Assembly: GCA_048940925.1 (NCBI GenBank) | Contig: JBHLOC010000001.1 | Location: forward strand, 32,001 to 96,000 | Reading direction: 5' to 3' | Length of the DNA stretch: 64,000 bases | Origin: Promethearchaeota archaeon | GTDB taxonomy: Archaea > Asgardarchaeota > Lokiarchaeia > Sigyniarchaeales > SOKP01 | In this document: positions 39,381 to 48,022 of the stretch, in pieces | Position numbering within the stretch: position 1 is the first letter of the stretch | Layout of the letters: every line of letters starts with the position of its first letter | The notes under the pieces: model-generated | The model's database searches: none | What the model was told of the DNA's origin: nothing | The model's input: only the letters and a program-made list of their open reading frames with translations | Made by a program: the position numbers and the translations under genes

Positions 39381-39812
39381 TCATTTTATTATATCAGTTA
39401 TAAAGCAAGTTTCAATAATCTTTATTCCTTGGATTTGAGAAATTTTCTTTTCGATCAATGGGTTAAAATTTTCAATTGATGGAATATCAACTTTTAAAAT
39501 TAATCCACAATCTCCAGATAAACGCCAAATATTAGATATCTCATCAATTTCTTTTAATTCTTTCAAAATCCGTTTAATATTTTTAAAATCAGGCTCGATT
39601 TTTATGGTAGCACTAATATTTGGTGTTATATTATTTTCATATTCAATTGTAAAATGTTTGATAATTCCCTCTTCAATAAGTTTTTTGACACGTCTTCTTA
39701 CTGTAGCTTCAGTTTTATTAATTTTTTTACTAATATCATTAAATGAGATTCGGCTATTATTTTTTAATTCCTCTAATATCTTTTCGTCAATTACATCTAC
39801 TTTTTTAGGCAA
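39381..39812 (-). CDS. Lrp/AsnC family transcriptional regulator
   Basis: DEKILEEL..NSR.SF..I...TEATVRRRVKKL...GII HTH plus a RAM domain (LSGDC). Confidence 0.9.
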   Translation of the reverse strand: MPKKVDVIDEKILEELKNNSRISFNDISKKINKTEATVRRRVKKLIEEGIIKHFTIEYENNITPNISATIKIEPDFKNIKRILKELKEIDEISNIWRLSGDCGLILKVDIPSIENFNPLIEKKISQIQGIKIIETCFITDIIK

Positions 39813-40205
39813 TTTTAACCTACTATTATAATAACTATGTAATTTTATCTAAACTAGGTATAAATTGTGAAAATTTGTTTATTAAATTAATTTTTTCCAT
39901 AAAAATATGACTATTCTATCAAACTTTCCCTTTATTTAATTTTTATAATGAATAGTTAGAACCATTTATAAGAAGACTAAAGATAAGGCTTATTTTAATT
40001 TATCTAAAGAATTTATTATAATAATATAATTATAATATGATCATATGATGTAAGATTTCAAAAATATAGATGACTAATTTTGAAAACAATTTAATATTTT
40101 GATTAATTTTTCTAACTTAGATTTATTTATTATTAAAATTATTGTGCAATGATTTAATTCTAAACTTAACTGTAAAAAAAATATCAAATTATTTTAGATG
40201 ATTAT

Positions 40206-41687
40206 ATGACCGAAAATCAATATGATTTAGCCATAATAGGAGCAGGTCCTGGAGGATACCATGCAGCTATAAGAGCTGCACAATACGGAGCAAAAGTTGC
40301 TTTAATAGAAAAAGATAAATTAGGAGGGACCTGTCTTAACTGGGGTTGTATTCCGACAAAAGCATTGTATGCATCAGCTCATTTGATTGAAAAACTAAAA
40401 GATGCTAATAAATTTGGATTAGAAATCTCTAATTATAATTTAGATTTTAGAAAAGCGGTTGAAAGAAAAAACGAAGTTGTAGAGGAACTCGTTGGTGGAA
40501 TTGAACAGTTAGAGAGAGCTTGGAAGAATGATTTATATAAGGGTCATGGTAAAATTATTGAAGGCGATATTAATAAAGGGTTTGAGATTTCAATTGAAGG
40601 AGATGATATTTCCCTAATTAAAGCAAAAAGAGTAATTATCGCGACAGGCTCCTCACCTGCTCTAATTCCTTCATTTAATATTGATCATGAACGTATTCTA
40701 ACAAGTGATGATATTTTACATCCCGATTTTAAAACTGTACCAGAGAGACTTTTAATTATTGGTGCTGGAGTTATTGGCTGTGAATTTGCTAATATTTTCA
40801 CAAGATTTGGTAGCAAGATAACTATGCTTGAATACCTTCCTTCTGCAATTGCTACAGAAGAACCTATGATTGTAAAGGTTTTAATGAAAAAATTTGAAGA
40901 ATTAGGAATTGAACTACACACTTCCAAAAATGTATTATCCGTAGAAAATACCGGTTCTGGAGTAATAGCTACAACATGTGATGCGTCTGTTCCGCGAGAT
41001 CAAACTGATTCTGTCGAAAAATCTATCTACGAAGCTGATTTATGTCTGGTCTCTATTGGACGCGCAAAAATATCTAAAAACCTTGGATTAGAAAATATTG
41101 GAATAGAAACTGATCGTGGCGCTATAAAAGTTAATAGAGATACATTAGAGACTTCGGTGAAAGGAATTTATGCAATTGGAGACGTGACAGGAGGACTTAT
41201 GCTTGCTCATGTTGCCAGTTATGAAGGGGATATCGCAGTTGTAAATGCTTTAGCTAGTATTGGAGGTTTCCCTGTTATTGAAATGAAACCTGATTACACT
41301 GTAGTCCCGGCAACAATTTTTACATCACCCAATATAGGTTCTGTAGGCTATAGAAGGAAAGTTGCTAAAGATATGGGTATGGACGTCTTAATGGGTCAAT
41401 TTCCTTATCAATCCCTAGGTAAAGCTAAATGTATGGGTGAAGAATTAGGATTTTTGATGGTATTATGCGAAAAGGAAACCCATAAAATTATTGGCGCCTC
41501 TTGTATTGGCGCTGAAGCACCCGAATTAATATCTGAGATCGCATTAGCAATGCAAAATGGCTTAACAATTCATGATGTCGCAGACACCATCCATAGCCAT
41601 CCCACAATATCAGAAATGGTATTAGAGGCATGTGAAGCAACAGTAGGTAAAGCTATTCATAAGAAAGGACGTCCGATTCATAATTAG
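40206..41687 (+). CDS. lpdA: dihydrolipoamide dehydrogenase
   Basis: GAGPGG, GGTCLNWGCIPTK, GAGVIGCE, LAHVA and HPTISE. Confidence 0.93.
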   Translation: MTENQYDLAIIGAGPGGYHAAIRAAQYGAKVALIEKDKLGGTCLNWGCIPTKALYASAHLIEKLKDANKFGLEISNYNLDFRKAVERKNEVVEELVGGIEQLERAWKNDLYKGHGKIIEGDINKGFEISIEGDDISLIKAKRVIIATGSSPALIPSFNIDHERILTSDDILHPDFKTVPERLLIIGAGVIGCEFANIFTRFGSKITMLEYLPSAIATEEPMIVKVLMKKFEELGIELHTSKNVLSVENTGSGVIATTCDASVPRDQTDSVEKSIYEADLCLVSIGRAKISKNLGLENIGIETDRGAIKVNRDTLETSVKGIYAIGDVTGGLMLAHVASYEGDIAVVNALASIGGFPVIEMKPDYTVVPATIFTSPNIGSVGYRRKVAKDMGMDVLMGQFPYQSLGKAKCMGEELGFLMVLCEKETHKIIGASCIGAEAPELISEIALAMQNGLTIHDVADTIHSHPTISEMVLEACEATVGKAIHKKGRPIHN

Positions 41688-41718
41688 TTCTTCTTTTTCA
41701 AGAAAAATCTTGAAATGA

Positions 41719-42639
41719 TTATATATTTTTTCTTTTTTTTTGATATTTTATTATAAAAACTATTCCTACGATGAACACGGCTATTATAATAAAAATTACC
41801 CATGTGTAGCTATTATCTAAGGCCATGATATCAATGAATTTTTCTAATGTTGTTAATTCTCTATAAAATCTCATTCCAACACTCATCCTGAAAATATTTA
41901 TATTATCCCATTCATATGCAAAGGTTTTTCCTCCATTAAATTCTATAACATAAGGGCCTGAAACATTAGGAATTTGATCGACTTTATAGTAAGCTGTAGA
42001 AAATATTGGTTGTTTTCCGTACACTTGAAGTTCTACTCTTCCTGTGGTATTACCTATCCATTTTTGCGAAGTTCCTAAATAATACATTAAAAAGAAAAAA
42101 TCTCTAGAATCTAAAGGATTCTCCAATAAACTTTTGAATTGATATCTTATAATTAGAGTGCTATTTCTTAGAAATGTAATATTGCTTTTAATAAATGTAA
42201 GTGGATAAATATTAACTGATCGTGGTAAGAAATATATGTCTACTTTAGCAAAATTTGTTTTCCAAGTTGGTATATCAAATAAATCGTAAGGAATTTGAGT
42301 TTGATTAGTAAGTATTTGTACTGTAAATTCAGTGATATTGAGGGCTAGTGAGAAAGGGAGTATTACAGTTACAGTATTAGTATTTCCGTGATTAGATATT
42401 GTATAGTTTGCATTAAAAGAAATACTCGCTTTTCTCAAGGACTTAGTTGTGTTAATTGTAATAAGAGTACTAGTGTGAGAAAGCTGAAGGGGTAATGTAC
42501 AATTTGGAAAAATTTCTCCAATAATTTGGTCTGGGAGAGGTGCAGGATTAGGAGCTGACACATAAGGAGTAGAAATTGATGCATGTAGAAATAATATAAA
42601 AGAAAATAAAATAGCATAAATTTTTTTTTGGGTCTTCAT
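41719..42639 (-). CDS. exported, C-terminally membrane-anchored hypothetical protein
   Basis: Signal peptide, beta-rich body with several N-x-S/T sequons, C-terminal TM helix and basic tail. Confidence 0.75.
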   Translation of the reverse strand: MKTQKKIYAILFSFILFLHASISTPYVSAPNPAPLPDQIIGEIFPNCTLPLQLSHTSTLITINTTKSLRKASISFNANYTISNHGNTNTVTVILPFSLALNITEFTVQILTNQTQIPYDLFDIPTWKTNFAKVDIYFLPRSVNIYPLTFIKSNITFLRNSTLIIRYQFKSLLENPLDSRDFFFLMYYLGTSQKWIGNTTGRVELQVYGKQPIFSTAYYKVDQIPNVSGPYVIEFNGGKTFAYEWDNINIFRMSVGMRFYRELTTLEKFIDIMALDNSYTWVIFIIIAVFIVGIVFIIKYQKKRKNI

Positions 42640-42881
42640 AATTCACACGCTTCAAAGGATCAGATTCTATATTTAAATCTATCGGTAGAGTTTATTAGAA
42701 TTATCTAATATTATGAAAAGAAGAGCAAAAAGAAGATAACAATCTTGAGATTATTTAATAATCTTGATATTTTTTTTCATCCTTATTTGTAAAGATTTAT
42801 ATAATATAGTGTAAGTTATATCAATTGCATAAATTTCAATTTTAAAATTATTCCTAAAAATAATAGAGGGTAATACAAAAA

Positions 42882-43187
42882 ATGATATTTATAGTTACCC
42901 AATGGACCCCATATAATAAAACAAATGAATGGTTCGACGTATTTAAAGAGGTTCAAGGCAAACTGCCATCCTTCATAAAGAAATGGCAAACCTTTGCGGT
43001 TCCTGACGAAGATCGAGGCATTAAAGGATACAATGTTATTATGGTCGAAAAAGGTAACGCTGACGAGGCTATGATTGAGATTTCTAAATTAATTGCTCCA
43101 TTTTGGAAAATCGAAGGTTTTGCCATGAAAACCGAGACAGCTTTCGCAATGAGAGACGCACTAAAAGTAATCGGGAAAAGTCTTTAA
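42882..43187 (+). CDS. hypothetical protein
   Basis: Clean 101-aa ORF with GAGG upstream and a T-rich terminator downstream. Confidence 0.75.
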   Translation: MIFIVTQWTPYNKTNEWFDVFKEVQGKLPSFIKKWQTFAVPDEDRGIKGYNVIMVEKGNADEAMIEISKLIAPFWKIEGFAMKTETAFAMRDALKVIGKSL

Positions 43188-43215
43188 GTTTAATTTTTAA
43201 ATTTTTTTTTTTAGA
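43188..43215 (+). terminator. oligo-T archaeal terminator
   Basis: T5 and T11 runs immediately after the 43187 stop. Confidence 0.5.
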
Positions 43216-43560
43216 TTTCTCTATTTTTCCTTCAACAATCTACTTTTAAATTATTTTTTATTATAATATATGAATAAAAACTTGAGAAGAGAGATCCTAC
43301 TCTTCTTTCATGACATTTCCTTTTCTTGAAAATTAATCTAAAATTTGAATCAGTATTGATCGAAACTCTAGTTAAATGATCAATTTTCGCGAATAATGGC
43401 GAAATCCGTTATCATAATTATTGTATTTTAATATATATCCTATGTGTTTTTCATCTGATGACTATTTCAGTAAATAACAAATAAGTGAAATGGCAGTATG
43501 GCGACTGATCCCATTATATGGTTGTCCATTATGCATAGTAATAATTATTGAGATTGATCA

Positions 43561-43608
43561 AGTTTATATACGAAAATTCATATATAGTACTTGAGGTGAG
43601 TAAGAAAA
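43561..43608 (+). promoter_or_regulatory. TATA box (TTTATATA) and strong Shine-Dalgarno (GAGGTGA) for 43609
   Basis: TTTATATA at 43563-43570 and GAGGTGA at 43593-43599. Confidence 0.6.
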
Positions 43609-43887
43609 ATGACTAACTCAAATTATGTAAACAGATCAACCGAAAAGGCAGTGAGCAATTTTGAGAACATAAAGACTGCCTTAAAGGGATTGTATGAGAT
43701 TATGGATTTAGGCATGAACGAGGATGAATTTTATCGTGAGGCGGGGAAGGAGAATATCGAAGCGTTGTATAAGAATCTCATCGAGTTATTATTGAATGAA
43801 TATGGGTTAAGGCAGTTGGTCAAGAAGATCAACAGTTCCGAAGTGGATTTAAACATCGTGCTGAATGAGTATTTAGCGAATGCATAA
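43609..43887 (+). CDS. small helical hypothetical protein
   Basis: 92-aa ORF with TATA box and RBS. Confidence 0.8.
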   Translation: MTNSNYVNRSTEKAVSNFENIKTALKGLYEIMDLGMNEDEFYREAGKENIEALYKNLIELLLNEYGLRQLVKKINSSEVDLNIVLNEYLANA

Positions 43888-43960
43888 ATAAATTTTTCTT
43901 TATTGATTAGTTTTTCTTAATAATTCTTTCAAATCAGTCAATTTGTCATCTCGTTTATTT

Positions 43961-44058
43961 TGATAACGGTTCCCTGATGTTATCCGTTGAATACTCACCT
44001 CACACATTGGTTTTCCTTATTTTCAAGGATATTTCAGGGGGCTGACCTTTATATAGTT
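43961..44058. repeat. conserved ~95-bp intergenic element, copy 1
   Basis: Aligns without gaps to 45651-45730 (54/80 identities by hand count); exact core ACTCACCTCACACA. Confidence 0.75.
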
Positions 44059-44071
44059 CTGAACAACAATA

Positions 44072-45352
44072 TTAGTTTGAAAAATTCTCTTTAAAAGATT
44101 CTTTCTTATTTTTTTTCTGAGATTGGTCAGAGGGTGAAATTTCTTCAATTTCTTCTTCCTGTTTCAATGATCGGACTGGTTTGGACTCATCGAACGGATG
44201 ATTACACACCCAACAGATATTTTCTAAATTTGATAATGTGTCAGCGCATTTATTACAATAAAAAGTATCACACTCAGGGCAAATATATATCTTTCGTTCT
44301 AATTTTCCTTTGCATACTAGGCAAATTTTCTTTTCCTTGGAAACAGTAACCTCCTCTTCAGTGATTTTTTGACGTCTGGTAAATATCCCTAAAACGTCAG
44401 TATCTACTTTTTTTTCTTTTTCTTCTTTCTTTGAGGCTAATTCTGACCGTGTATTTCGTATTATAAGATAAAATAGAGTATAAACATATATGACTAAAAC
44501 CAAAATTTCTATGATATAAAGGAAACTAAAAGCTTCAGGGCGCCTTTCAATAAAAATAGTTATGTCAACAATTAATATAAATACAATTAAAGGAATAGCT
44601 AAAAATGCAAAAAATACCCAGTAAAATAAGGCTCGTGTAATCAATTCGGGTTTAATAATCATTGGTATAACAATGATGATACAACCTAGTATTAATAGAA
44701 TTGGACTCAAAAAGAGAGAATACCAATTCAGTGATTTATGAGCTCTTAGTGCTAGGATTAATGAAAAAATGAAAGATAAAAAACCGAATAAAAAGAATGA
44801 AGAAACTGCTTTAAACTCAGGGCGAGACCATTTTGTATAAAGATATAACACGTATGGGACTATAATTACTAATCCGGGTATTATAAGAAAATTAAAGATG
44901 CTTCTCGCTGTCGACAGGGGTTCCATAGTAATTAAGGGTAAAAAAAATAACAGTGCTATAAAAATAGAAAACATAATTGTCAGAATATATTTCGTACGTC
45001 TTACAATCAACTCAAAAGATAAAACAAAAAACAAACCCCCTATTCCTAATATGGCATTACGTATTATCTCAAGAACAACATAGACTGATGAATAATTGTT
45101 ATAATCGCCGTAAAATGTAAAGTTAGCATAGTTAAAGATTCCTCGAACTTGAATAACTTGAATGCTGGTAATAATCAAACTAGAAGCGAAACCAAGAGGT
45201 AAACTAGCTAATCCAAACATTATCATCTTTTCATTGAAAACTTCTTTCTTTCTTCCCTTAAGTATAAAGTAGATCCCGCACATTAGGGTTAATGTTATCC
45301 CAATTCCCCATATAAACCTTTCATAAGGATCCCAGATCATCACATCTGCCAT
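44072..45352 (-). CDS. polytopic (about 7-8 TM) membrane protein with C-terminal 8-Cys RING/C1-like zinc finger
   Basis: Multiple TM segments followed by CLVC...CPEC...CNKC...CWVC. Confidence 0.8.
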   Translation of the reverse strand: MADVMIWDPYERFIWGIGITLTLMCGIYFILKGRKKEVFNEKMIMFGLASLPLGFASSLIITSIQVIQVRGIFNYANFTFYGDYNNYSSVYVVLEIIRNAILGIGGLFFVLSFELIVRRTKYILTIMFSIFIALLFFLPLITMEPLSTARSIFNFLIIPGLVIIVPYVLYLYTKWSRPEFKAVSSFFLFGFLSFIFSLILALRAHKSLNWYSLFLSPILLILGCIIIVIPMIIKPELITRALFYWVFFAFLAIPLIVFILIVDITIFIERRPEAFSFLYIIEILVLVIYVYTLFYLIIRNTRSELASKKEEKEKKVDTDVLGIFTRRQKITEEEVTVSKEKKICLVCKGKLERKIYICPECDTFYCNKCADTLSNLENICWVCNHPFDESKPVRSLKQEEEIEEISPSDQSQKKNKKESFKENFSN

Positions 45353-45650
45353 AATAGACTCCTTTAGCTTAAAGTTTTTTAAAGAAATATTGAATTTACT
45401 TCAGTTTGATCAAATCTAGATAATCTTAGTTTTAACTCATATTTATATATTAACCTAAAAGATTTAGAGCGTCAATTAAAGGAATTAGTTTGATTCAACT
45501 TCCATAAGCTACTCATCCAGCCATTTTCAAACTTTTTTTCATCCAAAATTTATTACATATTACTATAATTTAGCGAATGTATAAATGTTAGGATTTGCTT
45601 AAGTAACTTTTTTATATTAAGATTATCAGCAATTGATATTAAGTTGACAT

Positions 45651-45754
45651 TTGTAACAGTGCCCTGATCAATTCCGTAGGGCACTCACCTCACACACTTA
45701 CTCAACTTTTATTCAAGGAAATATCAAGAATCTGTAACATTTTTTATATAGTAA
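45651..45754. repeat. conserved ~95-bp intergenic element, copy 2
   Basis: Direct repeat of 43961-44058; contains a perfect 8-bp stem AGTGCCCT-N12-AGGGCACT at 45658-45685. Confidence 0.75.
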
Positions 45755-45781
45755 TTTTGAAAAATGATTAAAAGACAAATT

Positions 45782-46039
45782 TTATTCAGAGCTAAATTGC
45801 CTATCAAGGTCAATAACTAGAGGAATCTCCTTGTTATCTTTCTTCACAACTACTTTTAAAACCCCATCCTCAATTTTAGTACTGATAGGTTCTATTTTAG
45901 AGACTTTTCCTTTCAAAGATGCATGTAAACATGTTTGTTCCTCATCATAAAGAACACATTTGGTGCAACAGAATCCTACAGGCATAAATCCTACTATTGA
46001 ACATCGATCATATGCTTCACAATTACAATTATTACACAT
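45782..46039 (-). CDS. small Cys-rich hypothetical protein
   Basis: MCNNCNC...C...CCTKC...C: 8 Cys in the first 38 residues. Confidence 0.7.
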   Translation of the reverse strand: MCNNCNCEAYDRCSIVGFMPVGFCCTKCVLYDEEQTCLHASLKGKVSKIEPISTKIEDGVLKVVVKKDNKEIPLVIDLDRQFSSE

Positions 46040-46147
46040 TTTTCTATCACTTATCTTATTTTTTATGTATTTTTTTGTAATTTTTTTTTTTTTTAATAAG
46101 TATTTATTTCCACAATATTATAATATAACGCATTCATATTTAAATTT

Positions 46148-46384
46148 GATCATTCTCAGACATTTATTGTTTTGAAAAGATAAATTTAGCAAAAATTAGA
46201 TCATGTGATTTAATTTTTGGCATGATCATTACGATTTTGATCATATCGATCCGAGATCTATTGATATTTTTGGAAAATGTAAATTGATTTTAAGAATAAC
46301 GATCAAATATCTTATTCTTATTGATCATCAAAATCGCGACGTAAAGGAACAAACATTTTTAACATATTTTGATCGCTTTTGATC
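46148..46384. promoter_or_regulatory. GATC-dense intergenic region upstream of the hdr operon
   Basis: GATC at 46148, 46199, 46224, 46239, 46248, 46255, 46301, 46323, 46371 and 46381. Confidence 0.6.
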
Positions 46385-46609
46385 ATGAAATCTAATAAAT
46401 TTGTCATATTCTAAAAAGTAAGAGAGAAGATTTATCAACATTAAAAGAAATATCCGAGAAGATAAGTTTTATTGTTCTAATTGAACTTATCTAGTGTGAT
46501 TTTGATAACATAAAACACATTTAAACAATTTAGTTATGGAAATTTTCTAAAAAATTTATAATATTTATATTATTATCCCAATCAACAGAAAATAAAAAAG
46601 CATGATGAC

Positions 46610-47107
46610 ATGAGTGTCATAAATTTTGAATTTCGGAATGAGGTATTAAAACATAATGCCTCTTTAAGTTATTGTTATCAATGTTCAACGTGCTCAGGTG
46701 GTTGTCCTGTTGCTCTAATCACTCAAGGGCGTTATAATCCGAGAAAAATCATAGAAGAGGCTATCTTGGGCTTAGAAGATAAATTAGTAGCAAAACAAGA
46801 TCCGAATAGTTGGCTTTGTTCAACTTGTCAAACATGCGTTGAGTTATGTCCTCAAAAGGTTGAACTAACGGAAATTTTTACACTAATTAAAAATCGATGT
46901 TTTGAGACAGGCAATGTTCCTGAAGCATTTATTGCACAGGGTAAAGCTGTTTTAGAGAATGGAGTTGCTATTCCATATTCTAAGGCGATCTTAAGTCGGA
47001 GAGAAAAATTAGGACTTCCTATAATCAAAACAGCTTCTATTGATGAAATCGGGAAGATTATGAAAGAAACAAATTTTGCAAATCATATTCCCACGGAGGG
47101 TACTTAA
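46610..47107 (+). CDS. hdrC: heterodisulfide reductase subunit C
   Basis: CYQCSTCSGGCP and WLCSTCQTCVELCPQ; precedes hdrB. Confidence 0.92.
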   Translation: MSVINFEFRNEVLKHNASLSYCYQCSTCSGGCPVALITQGRYNPRKIIEEAILGLEDKLVAKQDPNSWLCSTCQTCVELCPQKVELTEIFTLIKNRCFETGNVPEAFIAQGKAVLENGVAIPYSKAILSRREKLGLPIIKTASIDEIGKIMKETNFANHIPTEGT

Positions 47108-47110
47108 AAT

Positions 47111-47974
47111 ATGTCTTATGATTTATTCTTAGGTTGCGTTATTCCAGCTAGATTACCGTTTTTAGAAGCCTCATCAAGGAAAGTATTTGAAACACTTGGT
47201 ATTAATTTAAGAGATGTTGATGGATTTAGTTGCTGTCCTGATCCAACGGGAATAGAGCTTATAGATCATAATACATGGTTAGCATTAGGAGCGAGAAATT
47301 TAAGTTTATCAAATAATAATGGAGGAATTATATCTTTTTGTTCAGGTTGCGTTGAAACGTTAAAGGGTGTAAATTATGCTATTAATAAAGATCCTGAAGT
47401 AAAAAAGGAAGTCAATGAAACTTTGAAAAAAATAGGGAAGAAGTATGATGGAAGGACAAAAGTAGTTCACTTCGCTCAGGTACTTTATGAAAATCTTGAT
47501 AAAGTTAGAGAGAATGTAGTACATCCTTTAAGTGGATTTAAAGTAGCTGTACATTATGGCTGTCATTATTTAAGACCTTCTGAAGTAATTAATTGGGATG
47601 ATCCTTTTAATCCAGTCACTATTGATGAAATTATTCGAACAATAGGAGCAGATTCAATAGATTATGAAATGAAGATGGAATGTTGTGGAAATCCACTTGA
47701 TAAATCAGATAAAGAGCTGTCTCTTCAAATGATTGATAATAAATTCAAAGCAATTCAAAAATCTGGCGCAAATTGCGTTACTTTAGTATGTCCCGCATGT
47801 TTTCAACAATTCGATTTTAATCAACGAGAATTAAGTAAAGGAAAGGAAATTGGTTATGATTTTCCGATCTTCTATCTCTCAGAATTAGTAGCTTTGGCTT
47901 TTGGGTTTAAACCTGAAGAGTTAGGGTTTAATTTTCATCGAGTACGACCTACAAAACTTTTAGATGGATTTTAA
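47111..47974 (+). CDS. hdrB: heterodisulfide reductase subunit B
   Basis: Two CCG domains: GC...CCPDP...CSGC and HYGCH...CCG...CPAC..QFD. Confidence 0.93.
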   Translation: MSYDLFLGCVIPARLPFLEASSRKVFETLGINLRDVDGFSCCPDPTGIELIDHNTWLALGARNLSLSNNNGGIISFCSGCVETLKGVNYAINKDPEVKKEVNETLKKIGKKYDGRTKVVHFAQVLYENLDKVRENVVHPLSGFKVAVHYGCHYLRPSEVINWDDPFNPVTIDEIIRTIGADSIDYEMKMECCGNPLDKSDKELSLQMIDNKFKAIQKSGANCVTLVCPACFQQFDFNQRELSKGKEIGYDFPIFYLSELVALAFGFKPEELGFNFHRVRPTKLLDGF

Positions 47975-48022
47975 TTTTAAATAATAGTTAAATTGAAATT
48001 TTTAATTTAATTAAGAAATATA

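Noticed and set aside
43961-45754. CRISPR array or IS terminal repeats
   Set aside because: Only two diverged direct copies 1.69 kb apart; no spacers, cas genes, transposase or inverted termini.
46148-46600. Replication origin
   Set aside because: No cdc6/orc1 gene nearby and no ORB-like G-string repeats seen; kept only as a GATC-cluster finding.
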